A stretch of DNA of 64,000 bases from a virus (lineage: Duplodnaviria > Caudoviricetes), in IMG/VR virus record IMGVR_UViG_2974602183_000001, positions 32,001-96,000 of that record, one strand, 5' to 3'. The notes below the pieces were generated by a model. It had not been told where the DNA came from, ran no database searches, and was given only the letters and a program-made list of their open reading frames with translations. Every line of letters starts with the position of its first letter. The first letter of the stretch is position 1. This document shows, piece after piece, positions 52,543 to 61,781 of the stretch. The position numbers and the translations under genes are program-made.

Positions 52543-55406
52543 CCCACGGATTTAGCTCCGTCATCTGATTCTGCTCGTATCCTAACCCCTAACTGCCTAA
52601 ACATACCTTTAGTGCCTTTAGCAGCTAAGTAGTCTGACTTATTAGCAGGGAGGTCGTATATGTAAGCATAAGCATTACGTATCTCTAGCGAACGAATTAG
52701 GTCACCCGTGTCGAAATCGCCGTCCCAAAATTCCAAATTATAATATATATTATCCATGAAGTCTTCTTCGAATATAGGATTCCATTGTAGGCTAACCTCC
52801 GCACCTTTCCATATTGTCTCATCCCCTGTAATATTGTTCACTAGGTCAAATCCCGTCACCATAGTAAGGTTTTTTGTACCGTCGGGCCCTAGTTGCAAGG
52901 AGAGTATAGCCGGAGAGGAAGATAATCCTTTATTGCCTGCTACCGCTCGGACTTCGAAAGTATAAATCCTATCCTCAGTAATAGTGTCTACAGGAAGCTC
53001 TATGTACGTACTAGGCTCGTCCGTGGAGGAGGCGTTGACTGTGATAGTCGAAGCTACTCCAGTATAGTTGATTGCGTAGTACGTTACGTCAGGAGAGAAA
53101 CTAGGAAGCCATCTTAAATATCCATTCACTCCTTCAGGGTCCCCAGGTATAGAAGGCCTATAGTTCAAATCCCTAGGAGGAAGTACCTTAGTACCTATCT
53201 CTGGAATTTGAGAGTCTCCTATATCCGCCTGAGGGGAGTTAATAAATACCCCATCCTCGTATTCTCGAAGTTTCAGCTTAACCTTACCAGTAGATTGCCA
53301 TACGGTCTCCCTGATTAGGAACTGCTTCTTGTCCCAACCAAAACGCTCATACGTTAAAGTTATTGGGGAGTTAATAGGTAAATCTACATACTTGTAAGGC
53401 ACTGTAATAGAAACCTCTCGGTTGTATCTAGACTTCTTGAGAACTCGTTCCGCTAAAGCCCTAGCACAGTAGTAGTTAGTTATATGTGGAAAGGAGATAT
53501 TGGCTTTTTTCTCTAATTGACTGTCTTCCGCTTTGAAGTCTGCATTAAAGAAAATAATGTCGTTGGATTCCCACCCTATGCCAGGGTCTCTAATATCTGC
53601 CTGCACTGTGTTGTACTTTTCCTTGGACGTAATATCTGAGACTTGAAGTCGTCCACCAACTAAATCTGCCTCGGTTAGGTCCGCCACAGGGTCTTTTAGG
53701 GACTCTACAGTAAGTGCGTACTTACCTTCAATGATATTCAAAGAGGACTCGGCTTGCTCTAACATACTCTTCATGTTTTTAAAGAGAGAAGTCTCTCCAT
53801 TCAACAGTGGGTTGGTTTGCAAAATAGCCTTATTCGCCTCAGTGGTATTGTCCTCCCAACCGATGTATCTCCAGAATGGTACCCACGATAACTCATAGGT
53901 GTTGTCTACTGTACCTAGTAGGTTTGCTACCTCTACAAAAGTATTCAAGTCTATTCGGTCCATACCTACAGCGGCCCCGAAGATAGGGCTATTTAAGTAG
54001 TCTAGCATCTGCCATGCTGGGTTGGTGCTTGTTCTATCATCCCTTACTAGCCCATTCTCATCATAGACAGCTACTTTTCTTCCCTGTATCTCTGCATAGA
54101 TAGTAGGTATTTCTGTTCTTTGGTCGGTTATTTTAAACTCGGCTACCACATACGCAGTGTCTAGTAGCTTATACCTAGAGTCCCAGTACTCTGGTCCCAT
54201 AGGGGTTGGCCCGTTGTTCTGTAGATAGAAGTTTCCGTTAGCTGCTATGTCTACTAGCTTAGAGCATGCTGTCTGGTCTCTTTTACCATGAAATGTCCAG
54301 AAGCTTACTTGCCCTAAACCATCCTGAACGATGTATTCTTGCCCATGTACAGAAGGCGCTGTAGGGTCTTGAGTAGGTGTAGCAACAGAGATAGTGTCCC
54401 CGTTACCTCTTTTTACACCAAAACAAGCTCGCTCATCAGCATCGTTAGTATCATTACATACTAAAGGTTTATCTTCCATCCATATGTCTAAGAATCCATC
54501 TATCTCTCCTTCACAGAAAGCGTATACTACGTATACAGTTGAAGGGTCGTCTAGCAGTGTGTCTGCGAATACTGGGATACCTTGGGTCTTTTGAACCCCA
54601 TAAATAGTAGGGATATTCTTTGCTGCAAGGTTGAACCGCATATCAACCTCTTTTTCCACAGTTTCCCAGTACTCTACAAGGTCGTAAGATTTCTTAATAC
54701 CAAAAAGGCCTGAAGACTTTTTCTTCAGCTTGTAAGCTTGCTCTAGACCTTGGTATTTGGCTAGTATGTTTACGGACTTGTTGGCGTGGAAGAAGCCTAG
54801 GTCCGTCTGATACTCAAATCTCTTAGCCGCGTTGGAGGGAACCTCTTCTCCGTCTTGGTCTACGATAAGACCTCGGTGAGACTCATCGTCCGTTAACCTA
54901 CCATTTACTCGCTCTAAGTCATAGAACTCATTAGCACACTTCCAAGAGATGGTGGATTCGCCCCTAGAAGTAGCTGAGCGGTTTTCGTCGATAGACACCT
55001 CAGTTATGGTACCCTCGAAGAATAGTAGTGTACTACCATCTGCGTAGTAGGGAACTACCTCACCAGTTGTGTTATCTAGTACTACTCTCCATATAGAAAT
55101 CTTCTTGTTCAGGTACTGCTGTGAGCGTACTGCACGGTCTACCTCCTCGGAGGATGCACCAGTTATCTTAATTGTCACGTTATGGGCACTAAGCCTATTA
55201 GACTGCTTAACGTCACTGATATTCTTGACCTTACCAGGGACAAACTCCTGTCCGTCGTACTGGATTTCTCTAGAATAATCTGTGTAGTAGGCAAAGCTAG
55301 CTAGTTCTCCCGGTAGTTCTATTCTAACTAGGTGCGCTAGCTGTACCTTATCATTATTGTTTAAGTAGTCTTTTAGTGCCTGAGTAATCTTACTCGGCAT
55401 GTACAT
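52527..55406 (-). CDS. pb3: baseplate hub protein (T5 pb3-like)
   Basis: GRLTDDESHRGL, IPTIYG, FCEGEIDG, STNPAWQMLDYL. Confidence 0.9.
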   Translation of the reverse strand: MYMPSKITQALKDYLNNNDKVQLAHLVRIELPGELASFAYYTDYSREIQYDGQEFVPGKVKNISDVKQSNRLSAHNVTIKITGASSEEVDRAVRSQQYLNKKISIWRVVLDNTTGEVVPYYADGSTLLFFEGTITEVSIDENRSATSRGESTISWKCANEFYDLERVNGRLTDDESHRGLIVDQDGEEVPSNAAKRFEYQTDLGFFHANKSVNILAKYQGLEQAYKLKKKSSGLFGIKKSYDLVEYWETVEKEVDMRFNLAAKNIPTIYGVQKTQGIPVFADTLLDDPSTVYVVYAFCEGEIDGFLDIWMEDKPLVCNDTNDADERACFGVKRGNGDTISVATPTQDPTAPSVHGQEYIVQDGLGQVSFWTFHGKRDQTACSKLVDIAANGNFYLQNNGPTPMGPEYWDSRYKLLDTAYVVAEFKITDQRTEIPTIYAEIQGRKVAVYDENGLVRDDRTSTNPAWQMLDYLNSPIFGAAVGMDRIDLNTFVEVANLLGTVDNTYELSWVPFWRYIGWEDNTTEANKAILQTNPLLNGETSLFKNMKSMLEQAESSLNIIEGKYALTVESLKDPVADLTEADLVGGRLQVSDITSKEKYNTVQADIRDPGIGWESNDIIFFNADFKAEDSQLEKKANISFPHITNYYCARALAERVLKKSRYNREVSITVPYKYVDLPINSPITLTYERFGWDKKQFLIRETVWQSTGKVKLKLREYEDGVFINSPQADIGDSQIPEIGTKVLPPRDLNYRPSIPGDPEGVNGYLRWLPSFSPDVTYYAINYTGVASTITVNASSTDEPSTYIELPVDTITEDRIYTFEVRAVAGNKGLSSSPAILSLQLGPDGTKNLTMVTGFDLVNNITGDETIWKGAEVSLQWNPIFEEDFMDNIYYNLEFWDGDFDTGDLIRSLEIRNAYAYIYDLPANKSDYLAAKGTKGMFRQLGVRIRAESDDGAKSVGWTKI

Positions 55407-56013
55407 TCTCCCTTAAAGTAAGTTCGAATCCTTGATACATCCCGTTCACGTCAAGGTCTTCGGTAGGGATTGTGTCGTCCACCAAGACCATCTCGAACAA
55501 GATGTTATTGAATATAGGTTTCTCTGTACCGTCTGTTATCTTTGCTAATTTAGGGTATAGCCCTAGGGTTATGCTATTAGATGCGTTATTCGAAGTGTAG
55601 CTAGTTATTTTGTACACCTTGGAATGCCCAGTTATTTTAAATAAATCCCCTATATTAGGTCTGCCACTAAGTGCTGATGCGTTCTGAATAACTATCTGAT
55701 TGCCTTTTTGCCCCGCGGGTACTACAGTGCTATTAGGGTTTCCGGTAACCCTGTAGTTTTCATACTGAGGTAGAAGGACGTCTATAGTATCACCTACCCT
55801 AATAGCTTCCATAACAGCTGCACTTAGTACTGCAAACTCCATATAAAATAACTCAGGATATGTTAACTCTAAAGACCAAAACTGGGCGGCTCCATCTACA
55901 CGTAGTACAGAACCGTTCGGCATTTCGTCGTATATTACAGGGTTATTATCTACAAGACGGGCACCTGTAAAGCCTGGGGCGTCTGCATTAGTGAAAGGGT
56001 CTGGAAGGCGCAT
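55390..56013 (-). CDS. pb9: distal tail protein (T5 pb9-like)
   Basis: MRLPDPF start with AGGAG SD; GDLFK..HSKVYKI; synteny. Confidence 0.88.
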   Translation of the reverse strand: MRLPDPFTNADAPGFTGARLVDNNPVIYDEMPNGSVLRVDGAAQFWSLELTYPELFYMEFAVLSAAVMEAIRVGDTIDVLLPQYENYRVTGNPNSTVVPAGQKGNQIVIQNASALSGRPNIGDLFKITGHSKVYKITSYTSNNASNSITLGLYPKLAKITDGTEKPIFNNILFEMVLVDDTIPTEDLDVNGMYQGFELTLRENVHAE

Positions 56014-56072
56014 AGTTTGTATTCTCCTATAAAGCTCTGTGCCACGATAATTTGTCAATATATTTTATACTT

Positions 56073-56101
56073 ATTATATATAAAACCTCTCAAACTGTCT
56101 A
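56073..56101 (-). promoter_or_regulatory. promoter for pb9-pb3-pb4
   Basis: TAGACA-17-TATAAT. Confidence 0.7.
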
Positions 56102-56119
56102 GAGATTTTTCTACCCGAC

Positions 56120-56146
56120 AAAAAGAAACCCGCACAAAGGCGGGTT
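56120..56146 (-). terminator. intrinsic terminator after tape measure
   Basis: AACCCGC-CTTTGT-GCGGGTT-TCTTTTT. Confidence 0.8.
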
Positions 56147-56150
56147 CTTA

Positions 56151-59100
56151 CTAAGCGTCTCGAACAATAGACCTACCACTCTGGTTGGCCCCTTCCTCTA
56201 ACGCCTCGATAATTTCATCAGCCCTATCTAGGATAGATGCTGCGTCTAACGCCTCAATCTGTAGGATTGTAGGGGCTCTACCCATAGCTCCTGCTGATTT
56301 CTCATTTTCCTCAGCTGTAGGGGTAATCACTGAGTCCACTTTAGGGGTGACTACTTCCGTACCTGTCTCACCTACTAAGTAGGACTTATCCTTGTACATA
56401 TTACCAGAAGAGGCACGTCCATAGAACCCACGGTCACCTAGAGACTCAGCTCGTTCTGCTGCGGAAGCGGAGGAGCTGACATCTACTTTCATATCGTTAG
56501 CTTCTCCCACTTTCAGAGAAGTTGGGTCAGCACCTTCATTAGTAGAGTTACCAAGAGCTGCTAGTTGAGAAGCTGCTGAGTTAGAAGCTTGTTGGTATGC
56601 CATAGCACCTGCAACAGCCACAAGACCTGCGTTTATAAAGCTTAGTGGAGGTGGAGCACTACCTAAAGCATACGCAATACCTGCCGCTGTCTGGATTAGG
56701 ATAGTGGCCTTAGCGTATTTCTCCTGCTCCTTTATCTTCTTCTTGTTCAGTTCTTTTAGCTTCTTCTCTTCTGCTTCACTTAGGTTTTCCTTAGACTGTA
56801 GGGCTGCAATTTCAGCATCTATACTGCCAACCGCTGCCTGCCCAGCCATCTGAATTACACTAGATATACTGTTCAATGCGGATGCTGTAGTAGTTGCAGA
56901 GGCAGCTGCTAAGTCCCCAGCCGATTTAGCTGATTGACCGTAGATTTCCCACGCGTCCGCTGCTGCAAGTACCTGACTCTGCATGTCCGCTATTTCAGGA
57001 CTTAAAGTAGCTACCGTGCTGTCAACTCCCTGTTGGTTATCTTGACGTAGACGTCTAGAGTTTTCCTCTTGAGAGATAACTAACTGTCTCTCCAGCTCCT
57101 TAGTTCTCTCCCTCTGAGCCTCGACTTCAGCCTTGGAGATAAACTCTTGGCGCTGCATAGTCTCTAGGATTGACATCTCTAGGCTAAGTTCTCTTTGTAG
57201 AGTTGTTGTAGAGTCCAGAGGTTCTCTGAATGTACTTTGGTTTCTATTCTCGAATTCGGACTGGATTCTTAGCTTTTCATAACTGCTCTGAATAGACTTG
57301 GCCCGAGCTGCGTTTAGTTTCTGCTCTAGAACCCACTCATCGTAAACCATTTGAGTGGTTTTTTCTTTGATGCCTAACACTGCTGTGGCAGCATCATTGA
57401 TTTTTCTTTGAGCTTCTAACTGTTGCTCTGCGACTAATACTGCCTCATCGAAGCTTGTAAGTCCGTCCAACTCCCTTGCAAGCATTTCTTGCTTTTGCAT
57501 CTCTTTGGTTTGATTCTCTTGAATCTTGGCGTAAGCCTGAATTGCATCTAGCTTGTAGAATTGCTCAGAAGTTATTTTTAGTCTCTCTAAGGCCTCTCTT
57601 TGGGAGATACCTGCCTCAGTTAGTAGGTTTACAGACCTCTGAGCCTCCTTTGCTTCATTAGCTAGCCCAGCGTATGTTCCCTTCTCTGGAGTAAGGTCAT
57701 TAATGATTCCTGTGATGCCACCAGAAAGGCTTCTACTTAAGGTAGTTAAGTTCTGAATCTCAGGAGCGATAGCCTTAACAGTGTCTTTACTAGTACCCAT
57801 AGACTTAGTAAACTCATTTACTGCCCTGGTTGCCAGTAAATATTCTGCTTTAAGAGCGCGCACCTCATCTTCTAGGGGCCCTACCTGTCCTGGGGCAGCA
57901 TTGTTGGCTGCACGAGCAGCTTTACGTAGCTTCTTGTCTAGCTTCTCCTGTTCTTCTAGTAGACCGTTCAGTGCTAGCATGTCATCAATAAAGCCAGGAG
58001 ACACTCTTGCCTCTTTAAGCGTATCAATTACTGGTAAAGAATCAGCTCCTTCACGGCCCCACCTATCAATAGCCTCAAACACACCATTAATCTCGTTTAA
58101 CGTACCAATAACAATATCATTAGTAGCGATTAAGCGTAATAACCTGTTAGTAGCTCCAGATACGTTAGCTCCGAACTTCTCCCAAGCTGTAGATTCTAAC
58201 CTAGAGTCTACTGCACCTAAGTTCTGCTCGGATTTACGTATCACCTCATTAGCCAGCGCTTGTTGTCTCTGGAAGGAGTTTAGGCTGTTAGCTGCAATGT
58301 TATGCTCTGCGGCGTACTGAGCGAACGCTTCGTTTAGTCGAACAGTAATACCTAGTTCGTCTAATAGTTCCACTTCCGCTTTTGATACACCACGTACCAC
58401 ACGGTTAAGTGCATCAGTCATTTCCACACCTAGAACGATGGATGCACGTCTAGCTACTGTGGCAAACTCTGAGATGGTTTGGGTATCGAAGCCAAATGCT
58501 GTAGCAGATGCTGCCTGTCTAAGGGCCGCTTGGTAGCTTACAGCACCGTCAGTAGCTTCTTGCAATGCTTCCGCCACTCCGATGATGGAAATACCTAACT
58601 GTCCAGACATAACTGCAGAGACCTCTTCTAGACGTTCTACACTAGCTGCTTCGTTAAGTAGTCTAAATGCTTCTGTAACCGCGAAGACGTTAGCAGCAAC
58701 TAGCGCGTAAGCGTTTACAATAGAGTTGGAAGACCTGGCCATATCAGAGAAAGTCCTAACTGAGTTGGTACCTTGTCTATTAATGTCCTTTAATCGGTTA
58801 TTTACACGTCTAGCTTGCCCTTCTGTTTGCTCAAAAGACTCACCAACGCCTCTAACATTATTATCCAGTTTTTGTACTGCATTGCCCGTTGCTACGGAGT
58901 TCCTGTTAAGGTCTTGAACCTCTTCTGATAGTCCTACTATATCTGCACGTGCAGCGTCTGCGTTCTCACCTAACTGGTCTAGTACAGCGTCTAGGGTTTC
59001 AGAGGCTTTAAAGGTGTTCGATTCTATGTACTCTAATACATCGTTGAACTTCTCGAAAGAGCCTGTTAGGGAAGTCATGGACGCAGGAACTTTTATGTTG

Positions 59101-59243
59101 GAGAGGCTTTTATTAAGGTCATCCGTGAATATAGCAGCATCATTCAATGCTTCACTTAAAGCCTCTACCTCTTTAGTGGCGGGCTTTATACCACGTCTAC
59201 GTACCTGAATCATTAATTCCTGTACTGATTTGTTATCTGCCAT
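56151..59243 (-). CDS. pb2: tape measure protein (T5 pb2-like)
   Basis: YA.VAANVFA, ELLDELGITVRL, coiled coils, two hydrophobic helices, YLVGE.G.E motif. Confidence 0.92.
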   Translation of the reverse strand: MADNKSVQELMIQVRRRGIKPATKEVEALSEALNDAAIFTDDLNKSLSNIKVPASMTSLTGSFEKFNDVLEYIESNTFKASETLDAVLDQLGENADAARADIVGLSEEVQDLNRNSVATGNAVQKLDNNVRGVGESFEQTEGQARRVNNRLKDINRQGTNSVRTFSDMARSSNSIVNAYALVAANVFAVTEAFRLLNEAASVERLEEVSAVMSGQLGISIIGVAEALQEATDGAVSYQAALRQAASATAFGFDTQTISEFATVARRASIVLGVEMTDALNRVVRGVSKAEVELLDELGITVRLNEAFAQYAAEHNIAANSLNSFQRQQALANEVIRKSEQNLGAVDSRLESTAWEKFGANVSGATNRLLRLIATNDIVIGTLNEINGVFEAIDRWGREGADSLPVIDTLKEARVSPGFIDDMLALNGLLEEQEKLDKKLRKAARAANNAAPGQVGPLEDEVRALKAEYLLATRAVNEFTKSMGTSKDTVKAIAPEIQNLTTLSRSLSGGITGIINDLTPEKGTYAGLANEAKEAQRSVNLLTEAGISQREALERLKITSEQFYKLDAIQAYAKIQENQTKEMQKQEMLARELDGLTSFDEAVLVAEQQLEAQRKINDAATAVLGIKEKTTQMVYDEWVLEQKLNAARAKSIQSSYEKLRIQSEFENRNQSTFREPLDSTTTLQRELSLEMSILETMQRQEFISKAEVEAQRERTKELERQLVISQEENSRRLRQDNQQGVDSTVATLSPEIADMQSQVLAAADAWEIYGQSAKSAGDLAAASATTTASALNSISSVIQMAGQAAVGSIDAEIAALQSKENLSEAEEKKLKELNKKKIKEQEKYAKATILIQTAAGIAYALGSAPPPLSFINAGLVAVAGAMAYQQASNSAASQLAALGNSTNEGADPTSLKVGEANDMKVDVSSSASAAERAESLGDRGFYGRASSGNMYKDKSYLVGETGTEVVTPKVDSVITPTAEENEKSAGAMGRAPTILQIEALDAASILDRADEIIEALEEGANQSGRSIVRDA

Positions 59244-59254
59244 ATTTTACCTAT

Positions 59255-59279
59255 AAAAATAGCGGCACTAAGGCCGCTA
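59255..59279 (-). terminator. terminator-like hairpin
   Basis: TAGCGGC-CTTAGT-GCCGCTA-TTTTT. Confidence 0.75.
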
Positions 59280-59285
59280 ATATAA

Positions 59286-60059
59286 TTAAGCCGTTACGAA
59301 TCGGATGTATTTAGTATCCCAAGCGTACCCGTAACTATAACCGCCGATTAGTGCAGTGTTTTGTTTTCCACCTTCCCTTTCGAATCCGATAGTTAGTGGT
59401 GTGAACCCTCCAGCTACTCCGTGAGTGTGGTAGGCTAGTACCTCACCCGCTGCTAAATGCTCAGAGGTTACGATGCGAATTTTCTTATCTAAGAAGTCCT
59501 TGGCGTCGCTAAGGGCATCTGTACTGATAAGGTCTAAGTAGTCAGCTAAGCTAACGGCAAAGATAATTGGCCCGACAGTATTGAACACGTTAGGCCCCAT
59601 ATCTGCGATAATTGCTTTTAACCCTGCCCAGGTAGCGGCCCCACCAGGAGCTACTGGAATGGTTGCGTCGGCCCTAGCAGCGTCTACGAAGTTCTTCTCC
59701 ATGTCTTTAGCTAGTACTTGGCCTAGCAAAGTTGTTAGGCAATCACGAGGACCTACCATAGGATTCATGTCTTCAATAGTTTCATCAGCTAAGTCTACCA
59801 CAGCTACTGTCTGAGTCTTAGTGATTGAGAGTCCTTGGATAACAAAGGACGTCTGCCCTGCGACAGGCAGGTCTGTGTATGGATGCAGCACTCTACCCGA
59901 TTCTAACTCTACATCTTGCATGATTTGAGAAATCAGAGTCATCTGGTTTAGGGCTGCTTTACGGGTGCTCTCAAGACTTTCGTCTAAAGCATCCGTAATA
60001 TCCTTTTGAATATATGCTCGCTTAGCTTCCGGGGTCATATTCTTAAATGAAGTTGACAT
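59286..60059 (-). CDS. inserted protein with HK97 capsid/encapsulin-like pattern
   Basis: AAGGA SD; colinear motifs resembling HK97 spine helix, A-domain and P-domain strands (by eye). Confidence 0.55.
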   Translation of the reverse strand: MSTSFKNMTPEAKRAYIQKDITDALDESLESTRKAALNQMTLISQIMQDVELESGRVLHPYTDLPVAGQTSFVIQGLSITKTQTVAVVDLADETIEDMNPMVGPRDCLTTLLGQVLAKDMEKNFVDAARADATIPVAPGGAATWAGLKAIIADMGPNVFNTVGPIIFAVSLADYLDLISTDALSDAKDFLDKKIRIVTSEHLAAGEVLAYHTHGVAGGFTPLTIGFEREGGKQNTALIGGYSYGYAWDTKYIRFVTA

Positions 60060-60072
60060 TTATGTTTCCTTT

Positions 60073-60094
60073 AAAAAATTGCCCCCGTGGGGGC
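60073..60094 (-). terminator. terminator-like hairpin
   Basis: GCCCC-CACG-GGGGC-AATTTTTT. Confidence 0.65.
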
Positions 60095-60111
60095 TAAGAT
60101 GGAGAAAAGAA

Positions 60112-60483
60112 TTATTTCTTACTAGCGTTGCGTTTTCGTTCTGCTACCGCCTGTTCTATAGCTTTCTTTTCCATATGTAATATGATATCTGTCACTAATT
60201 CTTTATCCCTAGGACTCCTTACTTCATATATATCGAAGAATACTGGGAGGGCGGAGTAGTCCTTACCTCCGAATATAGAGCCTGTCATTCCGAGAGGTAT
60301 AAACACATCGGATAGGGATTTGTAGATGATATTAGCAATTTGAACGACATGTGGCATATCTGACAGGTCCTTAGGTACCTTGTTAGGGTCGGGTTCCTGC
60401 CCCAACTGCTCACATATCATGTAGTATTTTTCTTTGGTTAGACCTTGTTGGGTTTTAAGGAGCGTATCTAGCCCCTTAAACAC
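60112..60483 (-). CDS. tail assembly chaperone, downstream (gpT-like) part
   Basis: KYYMICEQLGQEPDP, GKDYSAL; position before tape measure. Confidence 0.8.
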   Translation of the reverse strand: MFKGLDTLLKTQQGLTKEKYYMICEQLGQEPDPNKVPKDLSDMPHVVQIANIIYKSLSDVFIPLGMTGSIFGGKDYSALPVFFDIYEVRSPRDKELVTDIILHMEKKAIEQAVAERKRNASKK

Positions 60484-60496
60484 CTCTTCTCTAGCT

Positions 60497-60904
60497 TTAG
60501 CCTCGAAAGTTGTTAAGGTCAGCTAAACAGCTATTAACCCAGCTGTCGAATGTGTTGCTTTGCGTAAGAAGAGTGGTAGCGTTCTCAACAGTGAACTCTA
60601 GCTCGTCTTCTAGCTCCACGGCTGACTCATTGATTAGTAGCATCTGTGCTAGGTACTTATACTTGAAGCCGCTCCACGTTGAAATAACCTCTTTACAGAA
60701 TACCTCATTCCACTTCTCGATGTTGAGTTTTTGGATTGGTGCGCCAACAGATGGGTCGTATTTTGTCTCTAAACAACTCTTACGTAGCTCACTTAGGCGA
60801 GACTTAGAGTTGTAAGTTAGAGTAATTGTTAGACCTTCGAATTCTGGGTGGTCGAAAGTCATAGTTTTTGTGTCTAGGATGATGTTAGCTAAATTAAGGC
60901 TCAT
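60497..60904 (-). CDS. tail assembly chaperone (gpG-like)
   Basis: I..WSGFK, EFTVENA..LL..S..FD.WV. Confidence 0.85.
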   Translation of the reverse strand: MSLNLANIILDTKTMTFDHPEFEGLTITLTYNSKSRLSELRKSCLETKYDPSVGAPIQKLNIEKWNEVFCKEVISTWSGFKYKYLAQMLLINESAVELEDELEFTVENATTLLTQSNTFDSWVNSCLADLNNFRG

Positions 60905-61770
60905 CGTTTTTCTCCATATTGAATAATGACGTCTCCAGATTCTTCTACTGGGGATACGTCCAAGTTATTTTGATAAACAGTTCCTATAGTATTTCTAGGT
61001 ATAATAGATGCAGAGTCTATGCTCAAAGACATAGTGTTCTGCTTAACGTAGAAATCCCCTATAGTGGGTTCAGTAAAGAAGCCATTAGTATCTAAGTTTG
61101 TTGTTATAGTAGCTGATACTATTAAGTCTTCTAGTATTGCATTACCTCTAGAGTATATTCCAGGGGTAAATAAAGATTTATCTTGTCGCCAGTCGGCTAC
61201 TTGCTGTATGCTGAAGGATGCGTTTACCACATTGTTAAATATCTGCTCACCAAAGCCTAGGTATATAGGCGTTAATGGTAGAGGTAGTCCTTGTGGGCTG
61301 GTTTCCAGTTGTGGCATCTCATCGACGTACTCGAAGCTCGCGGCATTAAACACGGTGCCTATACCTAAAGGAGAATCCTTACTCATAAACACGTCTATGG
61401 TCTCTAAGAAACATGGGGATAACTTAATAGTTACTTCAGTATTTGTTAGGTACACATCGAAGTATTCAGGACTTACTGGGATAGAATCAGGAAGTCGGTG
61501 TAAAGGACCTTCTGAAAGGCCTATAAGCTTGAATAGTAGCTCCTCAGTTCTCCCGTCTGTAGCAACTAAGTCTACTTGGACAGTAGTTGATGCCTTCTCG
61601 GAGATTATAGAGTATTTCTTGGCTACTTTCTTAAATAAAGTCTTCCTACGACCAGAGACCTCCGTAAAGGAGGTCTCTAGGCTTATTGAGGAAGCTGCTT
61701 GGTAAGTGTAAGAGCGGCCTTCGTAGACTATAACCACTAGGGCGTTTCTTAAAAGTTGTCTGCTGGCCAC
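60901..61770 (-). CDS. baseplate tube / minor tail protein (T5 p140-like)
   Basis: LLRN start paralogous to pb6; RRKTL; synteny. Confidence 0.82.
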   Translation of the reverse strand: MASRQLLRNALVVIVYEGRSYTYQAASSISLETSFTEVSGRRKTLFKKVAKKYSIISEKASTTVQVDLVATDGRTEELLFKLIGLSEGPLHRLPDSIPVSPEYFDVYLTNTEVTIKLSPCFLETIDVFMSKDSPLGIGTVFNAASFEYVDEMPQLETSPQGLPLPLTPIYLGFGEQIFNNVVNASFSIQQVADWRQDKSLFTPGIYSRGNAILEDLIVSATITTNLDTNGFFTEPTIGDFYVKQNTMSLSIDSASIIPRNTIGTVYQNNLDVSPVEESGDVIIQYGEKR

Positions 61771-61781
61771 TTTAACTCCTA

